Origin: Leucoraja erinacea
Taxonomy: Eukaryota
Assembly: GCF_028641065.1 (NCBI RefSeq)
Contig: NC_073396.1
Coordinates: 18,910,001-18,974,000, forward strand
Length of the DNA stretch: 64,000 nt
Reading direction: 5' to 3'
Shown here: piece after piece, positions 1-12,985 of the stretch
How the letters are laid out: every line of letters starts with the position of its first letter
Numbering within the stretch: position 1 is the stretch's first letter
Notes under the pieces: model-generated
The model's database searches: none
Told to the model about the DNA's origin: nothing
The model's input: only the letters and a program-made list of their open reading frames with translations
Made by a program: the position numbers and the translations under genes

Positions 1-859
1 ATATCTTCGGTTTAAACCAGCATCTGCAGTTCCTTCCTACAGATGTTATCATTCTGATCTTGGGAGTGATATTGTTCACTTTGAATGATCCCATGGTAAA
101 CATCTCCAGGTTTTTGGAGCCAACTAGGTGTTAATGCATCACAAGGTGAGAAGAAGGAGAAAGAATATGTCATACACCTCCTCAAACCTGTTCTGCCTGT
201 TTAGTAAAATTATGGCTGCTCTTTTAACTCATCCACTTTCCAACCTTAATACCCTGCCACCTTGATTCAGTGTCAAAAGGAATGTCACTCTTAGTATCTC
301 ATTGACCTTATGCCTGCTGTAGGCTAAAGGACGCACAGTGTTGCAGTAACTCATCTGGTCAGGGAGCATCTCTGGAGCATGGATAGGTGACATTTCAGGT
401 CGAGGCCATTCTTCAGTTAGAACTGCTGCCAGCCCAATGGGTTACTCCAGCACTTTGTGTCCTTGGTGTAAACCAGCATCTGCAGTTCTTTGTTTCTAAA
501 TTTTGCTTCTCTAAGCTGCTCAGTGGAAACGGCAAGGCATCTTCTCATTCCATAGCTGTTCCATTAACAGAAGCAGAGGTCTGTTGGTTGATCTTAGTCA
601 TGGGAGTCGTTGGGACCGATCTAGAGACTGAATGAGACCTTGCCCGCAAGCATTGCCACTTTTCATTTCACTGCACATCTCGTATGTGTATGTGACGAAT
701 AAACTTGACTTGAAAGGCTGAAATTATAAAGACAAATTTCATAACAATATCTTGGTACAGAGAAATGAGTTGCTCACTAGTGGCTAACGGAATTAATCGA
801 ATTCCTGCAGATAATTAGTTTCTTCAGGTAAGAGAATCAGGAATTTAAAAAATAATGTT

Positions 860-1610
860 AAATTGGGAGGGGGACTATTCAGAACTGAAATCGGGAACTG
901 CTCATACTCTGATGATTGGAAGTTTTAAGAGAGTAATGGATTTTGTTGCGTGTTGATGCCAAGGAGTATGCAGCAAAGGTCAGCAGACTCCAGGTCGTAA
1001 CTGCTGACACACGGAACCTGCTAAGGGATATAGAATTAATTGAGGGGACAAGAAGTTGGAAGATACAGTATGATGCTGGAAAATCTAAGGTTGGCCACAA
1101 TGGAAGAATGAAAAAGGAAATAATCATCTAAACAGTGGGACAGCAAACATTGCAGTACATTACAGAAACAGTGCAGAGAAGATTCACTGGACACGTCAAA
1201 AGGACTGATGTGTGAATAAAGATGCCAATTGGATTTCAGATGAATAAGAAGTGATCTTATTAAAACATAAGATTCTGAAGAAGTTTGATGTTTTCCTCTA
1301 GAGGGCATGTTTCAGATTAAGGTGGAGATGAGGGGGGGGAATTCTACTCTCAGAGGATCCTGAATCTACCCAAGAGAACTGTGGAGATTGAGTCTTTGAA
1401 GATATTCAAAGTAATTATTGACCAGCATTGGTATTGGTTTATTATTGTCACGTCCTGAGATACAATGACAAATAGTGTTTTTACAAGGGAGTGAAGGGGT
1501 ATTGGGAGAGGGGTAAAATGGTGTCAAGACCAACAGTAGATCAGCTGTCATATTGAATGGAGTGAAGACGTGGGCTGATTAGCCTTTTCCTGATTCATGT
1601 TACAATAGGA
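860..1610 (+). mobile_element. Old degenerate CR1 ORF2/3' fragment. Similar fragments near 6080-6480, 10100-11110, 11760-11990, 19240-19620, 20540-21070, 21670-22015, 25870-26750, 29265-29530, 34370-34650, 44700-45230, 47200-47700, 52870-53200, 61100-61570, 63600-63970
   Basis: Nucleotide similarity by eye to the 3' half of the CR1 at 36296-40187. Confidence 0.7.
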
Positions 1611-1806
1611 GAGATTTGAAGGGCAAAATAGCTCCCTGCTGTTCTTTTGTTAGTTGTTAAAATTTAAAGCCTCTCATTGTGGACACAGAGCAGATATGTG
1701 TCTCAGGCATGACTAATGGAGATGATGCCGTTAATTAACGTGATGAAGAACCAATATTTCAAGCTGTATCTGACAGGTTGTCTCTCTCTCCCCAAACCCG
1801 ACTCAG

Positions 1807-4800
1807 GTCACCAGATTGAATATGTGAAGGCTGCAGTTTGTTACTATGGTTATGGGTTCTTGGACTTCTATCAGCTCCCTGCTGATGGCAGTCGGGGCAG
1901 CCGAGATCTCCTCCTGGTCTTCTCTTGGCTACTCCTGAAAATCCACCTGTTTGAGAAGCTACTGGAACAGCAACGGCTACGTGTGGAGGATCAGGTATCA
2001 CTCTGCACGGTAAGAGTACTCCAGCACTCGACCCAAAACATCACCCATTCCTTCTCTCCAGACATGCTGCTGTCCCGCTGAGTTACTCCAGCATTTTGTG
2101 TCTACCTTAGAGCTTTATTTATCCCAGGAGGGAAATTGATCAATTGATGGAGGGGAGTCTGGTTTGTGTCATGGAGGGAAATTAAAGACACCCACTACTC
2201 CTGAATAAAAATGTTTCCAGTAGCAATGTTACAAAATTTTGAGATTTAAAAAATCAAGTCTGCAGTTTATCCCATCAGATAAAGCATAACAATAAGTTTA
2301 ATTTGACACCTAATTCACTTTTATATCTCAAGTAATAAAAAAGGTATGGCCATTTTCATACTCGGAAATTAGCATCTTGTTCCCTATTGATTTTCTATGG
2401 ACATAACAAAAATGCTGTGATCGTGGACAGTCAAAAGCCCATAACCTTCTTAAAAATTAAGAGAACTGAATGAAATTTTCAGTTATCATAGATTGAAGCA
2501 TTCTGAAACAAATATAAAATAATCTTACTTGGATGACCTGAAATTAAAGCATATAATTAGTTAGTTACCCAATTGTAGCTAATTTCAAATTTCAATTATT
2601 AGATCTAAACATCTATCCATTTCTTAATAAATGATTAACATTTTTAAATAGCCCAAGTGTCCAAATAATATTCACAAATAATTCACAATAAAACATGATT
2701 TTTAAATCTCATTTACATCAATTTATAGGCCAAATGGAAGGAATTTAGTGTTCAATTGCTGTAAATTAAAGTCCATTTAAATCGGCTTTCTAGTGGGTTC
2801 CTGTGAACGTGCTGGTTTAGAACGTTCACATTGCGCTGGATTTGTGCCCTCAAATGCCCAGAAAAATACTGCGGGATATAAAGAGCCCAAAATGAACTAC
2901 TCGCTATAGAAAACTTTATACACAGGGTTATATACAAGCCGCATTTAATGTAAAAATAAGGTACATACCTTTAATTGTTTGCTTTATAAAACCTTGGGGC
3001 TGCGAGAGATTGCGGGTTGAGAGAGTGGTTTTTAAACTACTATAACTATTATACAAGGCCATAAAAACTAATAATACCTTTTGCGACGGGGTCTTTCAGC
3101 GATTTTCCGTTAATGATTTACTAGGCTGAACATTTTCGATTGCAACAGCCTAGTAAAAATCGCGTTTTAAACCCGCCCCCTTCTAAACAGCGCCAAAATC
3201 GCGCACACGGGGTAGGGCAGATGCTCAGCCACGATTCAGGTAGGTTTTGTAACATACCCATTAACAGCCATCTTGAGTTTTTCATCCCTGCTAAGGAACA
3301 TTTGAGCATCAATTCACCCATTAGGTCTCATAATTTGGTACAATGTCCCTTCATTCTCCTAATGAGCCTATCCTGCGTCAGGCACCTAAATGATTTTCAA
3401 GGCATCTTGCTCCTTAAAATCGACATTGCTGTAACACCTTCAATTAGCACTGTGCAATGGTTGTCAGTGAGTGACAGTGTCTGCGATGATGTCTCTTGCT
3501 TTCAGTGCAGGCAGGCTGCTGCGGTAAGGCCCACAGATAAATCGGACAGTCCAGCAGGCGAGCACGCAGTGGGGATGGATGTGCGATACCTGCAGTGGTT
3601 ACAGGGAAAGCTGCGATTCCGCTGGAAGAGTCTTCACAGTGCCCAGCAGGAGCGGTGTGCCACCCTCCACAAGGTACCAATCACCAGCCCTGATATTGGT
3701 TGTGTGGCAGCATCAATTTCAGAACTGCACAAACTCGCCACACAGTGACATACTTCAACAATAATCTCCAGTGATTATGGCTTGGTAAAACATTCCACTG
3801 GTCACTTTTGCAGTTACAAATCTGATGCATTTTGCACATTAGATGTGGATGAAGTTATATTGTTCAGAATCACACTTTATTCACCAAGTATGTTTTGCAA
3901 CATACGAGGAATTTCATTGACCAGGTCAGTCATACAATTAAAAGCAACAGATCACTCAAAAAGACATTTTAACTTGAACATCCACCACAGTGACTCCTAC
4001 ACATTCCTAACTGTGATGGAAGACGAAATAAAGTTCAAGTCCTTTCTTTTGTTCTTCCTCGGTCGGGGGTCTTGAGCCCTCCGTTGACGGGACGATCTTG
4101 ACTCCCGTAGCCGGCGGCGTTCGGACCCTCTGCGTTGAGGCGATCAGCTCCCCCGATCCCATCCCCCCTACATAAACATACCGAAGAACATTAAAACAAA
4201 CTTTTAACGCAGTAAAAAATAACAAAAGAAAGAAAAAACTAAGACTGCTGGCATGGTGGCCATCTCCCTGGTGCCCCTGGTGGTCAATCTGCCATTGGGC
4301 GCTCCAGAAATAAGTCAATCTTCATAGCTCTCTGCCAGACAGGGACCCCATTAAACCTTATGATTCTTCCATCCTTCATCTTCATCTATTGGTATTAGTT
4401 CATTATTGTCACACCTGAGGTCGAGCGAAAAGCTGTGTCTGTGCTATTCATTCCAATCATACTATGAATGAGTACAATCATACACAACCATACACAAGTA
4501 CAACAGGTAGTGAAAAGGGAAAAACACCAGAGTACAGAATATATTGTTACGCCGTTATAACGTTACACAGCTAGAGAAAGTGCAGATTAAAGTAAAAGTG
4601 CAAGGTCTGCAAAGAGCTAGGTTGGGAGATACACCCGACCTTATGAGAGGACTGACTCTTCAGAACATAGAAGAGTAGGTCACAGAACAGGCCTTTGGGC
4701 CCGCAGTGTCTATACCAAACATAATACCTAGCTAAATTAATCTCATCTGCCTGCACATGATCCATATCCTTCCATGCCCTACATATCCATGTGGCTATCT

Positions 4801-7800
4801 AAAAACCTCTTAAATGTCACATCGTATCTGCCTCCACCAACACCCCAAGCAGCGCGTTCCAGGCATTCACCATCTTTGTGTTCAAAAACTTGCCCAGCAC
4901 ATCTCCTTTAAACTTTGCACCTTTCACCTTAAAGCTATGCCCTTTGATATTTCTAACCTATCTATGGTTACCAGCGGGAAGAAGCTCTGAATCTAGCAGT
5001 ATGTGCTTTCAAGCTTTTGTGCCTTCTGCCCAACATTAGCGGGGAGTAGAGGGAATGACTGCGTGAAAATGGTCCTGTCATCTGCTTTCCCGAGGGAGCA
5101 TGAAGTGTAGTTGGAATTGATGGAGGGGAGTCTCGTTTGTGTGATGGATTGGGCTTCATTCATAACTCACTGCAATTTCTTGCGGTCTTGGGCAGAATTG
5201 CCAAACCAAGCTGTGATGCTTTCTATGGTTCAATCTACTACATCGGTACAATGTCCCCAACCCTACCCATCACAACCATCTCTCTTCACATCATCCCCAA
5301 AACCCTCTCAATCACTCCCCTTGCACCAGTCACACGCAATTTGACCATTCAGGTCAATACCATTTGTTTCTCTCCATCTGAGATCATCTGGACTAAATCC
5401 CAGCTTAATCTCATGTGCTTTTAATATTCTACTTCAGAGGTTTCAGGAAGAAATCAAGATAATTAACTTGTGTAAAGTTATTATCCCTGAAATAGGCTTT
5501 AACTCGGCAGAGGAAGGAAGAAGTAAAAAGCCCCCTGAATGCATCAATTTTTGGGGGTTTACATCACAAAACAAGGAAAGAGGTGTCTGGCTCTGATCTC
5601 TGATGTTGCCTTTCAGATACACTTGTACACCAGAGGATGCCGCAGTGGGCAAAGCTTCAGTCATTTGTTTGCAACAGAAACACGGTTAATCCGAGATCCT
5701 GAGCGATGCAGTGAGGTGAGCTGGCTGAGCAGACCGTGGCAGCACCTACTCTGGTCCTGTGCATTCTTCTGCTTCCTCTCTACAAAGCTATCCTCTGTCA
5801 ATGTTAAGTGCCCACTTCATACTGTGAGCCACTAATCTCCTCTTGTGGGTGCTGACACACAGAACTTGGTGTTCGTCTTCTGCTGCCTGCAAATGCACAG
5901 CTGGATAGAAGTTTATAAAATTATGAGAGGCATAGATAGAATTGAATTGAATACATTTTATTAGCCAAGATGTATACATACAAGAAATTTGTCTTGGTGC
6001 TTTGCTCGCGTAACAACACGATATACAGTAGACAATTAAAAATAAAACATTATTATTTAAACATGTGAAGAATTAAATAGAAACATAGAAAATAGGTGCA
6101 GGAGTAGGCCATTTGGCCCTTTGAGCCTGCACCGCCATTCAATATGATCATGGCTGATCATTGCTGAAATAACAGAGTAGACAGAATCTTTTTCCCAAGG
6201 TGGAAATGTCAAAGACTTAAGAGCATAGCATTAAGGTGAAGGGGTAAAGTTTGAAGGATGATATGTGGGACGATGTTTTACATGAGTGTGATGGGTGCCT
6301 GGAACTCGCCGCCAGAGGTGGTGGTGGAGGCAGACAAAATAGTGGCATTTAAGAGGCTTTTAGATAGGCACAGGGAATGGAGGGATATGGATCACGTGCA
6401 GGCAGAGATTAGTTTACCTTGGCATCATGTTCAGCACGGGCATTGTGGGCTGATGAGCCTGTTACTGTGCCGTATTGCTCTCTGTGCTAAATTCTGTTCG
6501 CCTTTTGTATCACTCCTTGTGCCAGGAATTGGACATGCCCATTCCTGAGCTGAGCCGACTCTTGTGGCAGTGCAGTGGCACTGAATGGCAGCTCATGAGG
6601 ATGATGTCACACACTGCTGTAGAGTCACTCGTGCCATCCTTCGTGTATCGGTGTGAGAGTCACAGAAGCTGCTGATCTTGTCTTTGTTGAGTATATGTAT
6701 GAGGGTATTTTAGTATGGACTGCTAATTTGTGATCAAGCAGTGAGAATCTTGGACAGTTTCCGTTTTCTAGCCCAGGATCTATCTGAAGCCAGCTCCCAT
6801 GGTCCTGCGATCAGTGAACCACAGAGACTTGCTGCTGTCTGAAAAACTGAGTGATGTTAATGGAACAATTTAACGCAGCATGTAAAGATCTACAGAAAAG
6901 GGATTTATAGCAGTGGGCTAACAATTGCTCCTTATTTGTCCGATCTCTCAACGGTGAACTTTGTACCAGTAATGTTATGATTTTGTAATTACTCTCGGGT
7001 GGAGATTCGATGCTGGCATTTAAGCTGCTCCCCCACCTGCTATCCATTACTTTAGGACATCAGCAACGATCTCTTACTGTTCCTGTGCTAACACCGCTTC
7101 ACTGCTGTAGTTTGTGCAGCTCCTGGAGCGTGAGAACATGCGGCTGGAGGCGTACCTGGAGTGGAGGCAGCTGGAGCCACTATTTTGGCAGTGGATGGTG
7201 AGAGAGTGATATCATCTGAACTCTATCTATATGGTGTGGTAGGACATGACCGTCCGTGCTGTGTCTGCACGGCTTGGTAGAATAGTACATCCCCAGCTCC
7301 TGCTTTGTGATTGTGCTGACACACTTGTGAAGCTCCTCTTGAGGTTAAAATGAGCATTCACTCAACAGGGGCTGATTTCACCAATGCTAAGGAACCTGAT
7401 TTCCTGATGACTCCCAGTAAATGACGCTTTTCACAAGGAGCGGTATCCCTGACTCAAACCTGAACACTTGGTGATTGAGTTATACTTTACAGCATGGAAT
7501 CAGGCCCTTTGGCCCAATGCCCATGCCACCCGGGTCAGCATTCCTGTCCACATATCTGTCCACATGTTGTGAGATTCTACAAAGACGTCTAAGCCGCTCC
7601 ATGAAGAACGGACTCCTTTTCACCCCGGTCGGGAGATATAGAGCAGCCACGTTCCTGCGCTGGTGCAGCGCTGCTCCACACTGTCCCCATGTACAACATT
7701 TAGATGGAGGCTAACATATATGGAAGTAGGGGGCAGGAGGTGGGAGGTGGAATACTTTAACTCTTGCAGCATAAACAACATTCCCGATTATGAGCAATCA

Positions 7801-9205
7801 TGGCCCCATTTCAGAAATTCCCACTTTATCTCCTTCTGCAGTGTGAGACAAAGCAAGGGAGAGCTCTATAGGCCAACTGTCCCAACAGTTATGGTGCATG
7901 AATACAACTGAGTGCTATTATTTCAAAGGATGGTATACGTTGGCTGTGGGATTCTCAGCCTCTTTAGTTTAATTGTGAGTGTGCAAAAGAACGCACGATA
8001 CTAGTGACACAAGATACATTTAATAAAAATCTTCCTTGGCAGGAAAGTGTGCTGGCAGCTAAGCTACAAGACACGCAGAACCCACGGGATGAGAACAGTA
8101 TAGCAGCCACTGCACACTCACCAGCCCTGTCTGGTGACCACATTGACTGTGTTACCTTCAAAGAAATGGATCATCTCTCTAGTGAGATCCTGAAGTTGCA
8201 GATGAAGCTGCAAGATGGGCAAAAGACCAAGATCAAAACGGTAAACCTTCGACTTTGTTGTGCGTCAGTTAAAACAAATGATGTTTTGGAGAATTACCTC
8301 CACTCAGGTGCATTTTCCTCACACCTTGATAACTCAGAGCAGTTGGAATATCAGGCAGCTGAATATTTGCACCTTCCCAGCATAAGGAATACGTGTTTGT
8401 GCAAGACCAACATGTATTACTCTTTCCTCATTATCCTGGAAATGGCCAGGTAATGAATAAACACCAAATACATCTGTGCTGTCTTGAGCTGAAACATTGG
8501 AGGTTTAAGCCTCACCCTGCACAATCTAGGCTGCCACTTGCATACAGGGTGGAAGGAATGCTATTGTCAGAGAGGAGAACTGTGAGAGTGCTTTACTATC
8601 AGAATAACAGTATTGGGAGAGGGCTGTATGGCCAGAGGGGAAGACTATGAATGTGACACTAGTGGAGGGGCAGCATTGTTGTAGGAAAGGTGTGGGATGC
8701 TGCATTGTCACAGGAGAGGGCTGTACTGTGGGAGGGGTGCACTGGATGAATGCTGTGCCATCAAAGGTACTGTCTTGCACGTAACATGACTTTTCAAGAT
8801 ACCTTTAGCATTGCAAACCTGACCTGTAGCTGCCTGTCTTTATTGTAGACTGAAGACAAGGAGCGAGAAGTCCGATCTCACACAGGGTGGGATGAATTTG
8901 TTTGTCCAACACAGTGTGACGTGGAAAAGAAGCTGGGAGTGTTGCATGCCACAATTAGCCACCGGAGGAGACAACATGGCCATGCCAGGTTGGCACTCAG
9001 AGACGATTCTTCTGCCAAGAGTACAAAGTTTTCTGCGGCAAAACCAGACATTGGGTGTCTCACGGCACTGGAGGTGATCACACAGCTGAGAACTGAGGAG
9101 GCTGCGTTAAAGAGGGAGCTACAAGAAATGCAGCAACTCTGCAAAGAATCTCTTGGCGAGGTTGTGGAAAAGCTGGATGGTGTGATCTGCATGCCTCCAC
9201 TGTAG
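1807..9205 (+). CDS. TEDC1: Tubulin epsilon and delta complex protein 1 (C14orf80), 5'-partial. Coding exons 1807-2009, 3506-3673, 5617-5715, 7111-7197, 8043-8240, 8849-9205
   Basis: Peptides QLPADGSRGSRDLLLVFSWLL, DVRYLQWLQGKLRFRW, IHLYTRGC, LERENMRLEAYLEWRQLEPLFWQWM and C-terminal GVICMPP resemble human TEDC1 as recalled. All exons have AG/GT ends with compatible phases. AATAAA ~50 nt after the stop. N-terminal exons were not found and probably lie upstream of the window. Confidence 0.92.
2222..3259. mobile_element. AT-rich non-autonomous DNA transposon, superfamily unassigned
   Basis: Imperfect terminal inverted repeats AGCAATGTTACAAAA / TTTTGTAACATACCC and a sharp compositional contrast with the surrounding TEDC1 intron. 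Confidence 0.7.
3865..4262 (-). repeat. Unclassified, probably young interspersed repeat in a TEDC1 intron
   Basis: CpG-rich block in a CpG-poor intron that ends in AATAAAG on the minus strand. Only one copy in the window. Confidence 0.4.
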
Positions 9206-11359
9206 CTAGGAAGCCCTGGTGATTTACAGGCCGATAACTGGAGAGAGGTGACTGAAAATAAAAGTCTAAGCTCAGCAGGCCCAGTCCTGTACTCACCCAA
9301 AGGGAGTATGCAGTGAGAGTCAAGATTGGTGTGTTGAGATGCACCAGCCACTGAGCTTGGCTCTGTCATTGAAAAGTAACGGAGAGGATGGAGCAGTAAG
9401 GCTGCAAGATGAGCTCCAGCAAGGTCCCTTCCACGCAGCTGCCTTCCATTTGACTCCCATCCATGTGGCCCCCACTGGCTAATGGTGCAGTGGCATTGCA
9501 GCCCCAGGGGAGATTGTTAGTCTCTTTCAGTTCCTGGTACATAGATGAGGGGGGAGACTGTGGCCTCACAGGACAAATTTCACCGAAGATCAAACACTTC
9601 AGAATCGCTCAGTCCTGGTATGATTTTAACTCTTGTTCACACTAGTCCATAGTTGATGAAAAATGTTGGTATGTTTCTACACTGACTGGATAAAAGGTTC
9701 TCACTGGACTGTCCTCCTGTTTGTACCTAGGAACTGAAGCAGCCCATTGCCTGTTCTGGCATTCATTTGGTTCAGAGGTTAACTGTCTGCCAACTCCATT
9801 TAGCTGTCTTGATTCTTTAACCATCTTTCATGCCCTAAAATGAAAGTCAATTATCCCTGAAAGTTGTTATGAAAACCAGTCTCTGTGGCTTGTTAGTGGA
9901 GTAAACTCCACATTTCCATGCACTTTGTGCAGCACTTAGGGTTTTCATTTTACCTTTTCTGGACATTCTGAGTAATTATGTAATAAATCTTTACCAGCTA
10001 TCAGGTAATACTTGTTCATTGTGATCTTAATGAATAAAGAATGTATGATTCATATATGTGAGATGTACTTGGAAACATTCATGCACGATGAAAAAAGGTT
10101 ATTCTTGATTAGTACGGGTGTCAGGCGTTATGGGGAGAAGGCAGGAGAATGGGGTGGAGATGGAACGATAGATCAGCTATGCTTGAATGTTGGTATAGAC
10201 ATGATGGGCCGAATATCTAATTATGCTCCTATAACTTATGAAGTCTTGATCCAAATTTACATTTGTTTCAAGTCAGCAAGACAGGATGTGTGTGAATCGT
10301 AGTCTACTGGGGTTTGATGGATTGTGAATCAGGCAGAGATGAAGATTAATCTAATAAGTGATTTCGATAAAAGTGCTGGATGTAAAGTATCCCAGTTTTC
10401 TGAACACGGAACGATAGGCAGTGTCAAGGAAACAAAGCCTGCCAAAGGATCTAAACGTGGCAGATGCAATACAACTTGGGGAAATTAGAATGCTGGAATA
10501 TTGTTTAAATGGTGTGAATAATAAAACTAATGTTTAGAAAGATCTGGAGTCCTTGTACAAGAAACACAAAGTTAGCATTCGAGTACAAGGCAAATAACAT
10601 GATGGGTTTTATTACAAGGTGGTGAAGTACAAAATACCAAGTTTTGCAACAGCCATGCAGGACTGTGAGATTGTACATGAATTTTATGTGCAGTTTTGAT
10701 TTTACATACAGTTTAAAATACTTGCCTCGGTGGCATGGCATAGAAAGTGCTCTGTTACATCCAGGAATTCTGATGGTAGCTTATGAAGAAAGGGCTAGCC
10801 TGTGTGACCTATACATTCAGAAAGCCAATCTTATTGAATGAGGCGAGCAAAGTTTCTTCTGCAAAAGAGCTGTGAAACTTTGGAATTCACCATTCTTCTC
10901 TGGTGAACTGTGGAGGTTGAATTAATATATATTCAGGGCAGAGATAGATTTTTTTAAATTACCAATGATCAAGACTAGAGACTAAGCAGAAAACAAAACT
11001 CTGGACTCTCAGGATGAACCAGCGATGAGATCATATGTGATCCAACTGAACTGAATGACGGAGCAGGTTTGAGAGATTATTCAGCTGACCACGGCTCCTA
11101 TTTCTCTGGCATTACATTATCCTTATCAGCCTTGGCTCCATGTGGTGCAATGATGCAGTACCTTTACACAAAAAGATCACTGAATCACAGTGGTATTAAA
11201 AATAATAATTCATTATAGTGGCTGGTTTATAGGAACAAATCTAGTTATTTAGAGAAACGTAGTGCAATCAAATCGTTCGACAAATTTCCTGGCAATCTTT
11301 CAAGATATAAGAGGCAGACTCAATAGGGAGGAACCTGTAAGATGGAATTTAGGTTTTTA

Positions 11360-11657
11360 GTTTTAGAGATATAGCATGGAAACAGGCCCTTTGCCCTACT
11401 GAATCCGCACCGACCAGCAATCCCCGCACACTAACACTATCCTACCCACACAAGGACAATTTACAATTATATAAAGCCAATTAACCTACAAACTTATACG
11501 TTTTTTTGAGTGTGGGAGGAAACCGGAGATTCTGGAGGAAACCCACACAGGTCACGAGGAGAATATACAAACTCTAGACAAGCACTTGGCAAGTCAGGAT
11601 TGAACCTGGGTCTCTGGCGCTATTAGGCAGCAAATCTACCTCTGCTCCACCGTGCCA
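11360..11657 (-). mobile_element. tRNA-derived V-SINE (HE1-like). Further copies near 13975-14100(+), 15120-15425(-), 16905-17098(-), 23968-24125(+), 30860-31130(-), 32765-33020(+), 34865-35050(-), 61790-62225(+)
   Basis: A/B-box-like head (GGTAGAG..GCTGCC...GGGTTCGATCC), V-domain GTTTCCTCCCACA and a CR1-like tail GGGCCTGTTTCC. Confidence 0.8.
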
Positions 11658-12789
11658 TACAATATATTTAGATTTCCAGAAGTCATTTGATGTGTTGACT
11701 TTCATACAGAGAGTCAGAATAAATAGGTATTTTTCTTAGGAGGGGGGGGGGGGGGGGATGATTTAATGGGAACCTGAGGAGCAACTTTTTTTACACAAAG
11801 GATAGTAAGTATATAGAACAAGGTGCCAGAGGAGGTAGTTGAGGTAGGTATTATCACAACATTTAGACAGGTGCATGGATAGGATAGGTTTAGAGGAATA
11901 TGGGCCAAATGCAGGCAGGTGGGACTGGTTATATATGGGACATGTTGGTTGGCATGGGCAAGTTGAGCCAAAGGGCCTGCTTCCACACTGTGATTCTGAC
12001 TTTTCAGGCGGGAAGGATGCAACCAGTGGAGATTCCCGAGGATCAGTTGTGGCCCTTAATTATTTACTATTTATATTAATGATCACCCACTCTTCTTATC
12101 TGCAGGTGTCCCCAACCTAAAATGGTGTTTGTCCATTTCCCTTCACTGATGCTGCCTGAACCGTTGAATGTGGCTTTTTTGCTCAATATTCCAATCTCCA
12201 TGTGTCTCCATCTTTCTGCTATTTTCAAAGTTGCTGTTTAAATACTAGGAATTTTGTATAAATGTAGGTTAGCTTGACAATTTCAGCTCATTAACTCCCA
12301 ATGGCAGAGTCCTACTATGCCATTGGGAGTGTTTATGATTGTTTAATTAATGCAGAATGTAAAGGAGGGGGTGGGGTGCACAGCTCTTTTATACACTCAG
12401 GATTTCTGAGAGTCAAATAAAAGTGGGGCTTCCCTGATACAAAAAAAAAACAATTCCTGGAACATAAAAGCAACGTGGATTTCCATCTACCGCAAAGAAG
12501 AGGTAAAAGACGGAAACGAGGAAGGTATGGTGGGGGGTGCTGTAATTACTGTAAATACTTGCACAGAAGATGAACAGAAATTCGTTTGTGTTTGGTGCTC
12601 AAAGATCATAGAGCGGAGCGCTGGGGATCCGTGTGTTTCTCGCCTGTCCTTTCCTCTCTTTCATGGCCCAGAGCTGGTAGTTCCTGGCATAACAATAAAC
12701 CTGTTTGTGCCTAGGTCAATGGCGAGTGGCGGAAGACCGGAAAGCGCTCAATCTCCAGCCTGGGGGACGGATATGTGTGTAAAAAAAAG

Positions 12790-12829
12790 CAAAGATCTTA
12801 TAACGGAGATCCCGCTTTGTAAATCTTTG
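12790..12829. mobile_element. Second palindromic micro-element copy
   Basis: CAAAGATC...AATCTTTG flanked on both sides by T(A)7-8G. Confidence 0.65.
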
Positions 12830-12847
12830 TAAAAAAAGTGTGTAGGA

Positions 12848-12985
12848 GTCTGAAGAAGGGTCTCGACCCGAAACGTCACCTATTCCTTCTCTCCAGAGAT
12901 GCTGCCCAAAGATACTAGAGGAGCTCCGCTCTATAATCTTTGATGCTGCAAGTCCCACTGAGTTACTCCAGTTTTTTGTGTCTAC
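12848..12985 (+). repeat. Penelope-like terminal-repeat fragment with a hammerhead-like core. Related pieces at about 1-42, 330-500, 2028-2105, 22475-22580, 27960-28125, 43335-43455, 46230-46325, 57588-57680
   Basis: Shared CTGAAGAAGGG..CCCGAAACGTCACC...GATGCTGCC...GAGTTACTCCAGC sequence in both orientations. Family assignment is from recall. Confidence 0.6.
12907..12942. mobile_element. 36-bp palindromic micro-element with an apparent 8-bp target duplication
   Basis: CAAAGATACTAGAGGAGCTCCGCTCTATAATCTTTG flanked by ATGCTGCC/ATGCTGCA. It interrupts a repeat that is uninterrupted elsewhere in the window. Confidence 0.75.

Noticed and set aside
760-827. Possible upstream TEDC1 exon with a strong CAG|GTAAGA donor
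   Set aside because: There is a stop codon in the frame needed to join exon 1807, and no TEDC1-like peptide.
6600-6680. C/D snoRNA-like arrangement ATGATGT...CTGA in a TEDC1 intron
   Set aside because: Imperfect C box, weak terminal stem and no recognisable rRNA or snRNA complementarity.
8878-9369. 163-aa minus-strand ORF
   Set aside because: Antisense shadow of the last TEDC1 exon.
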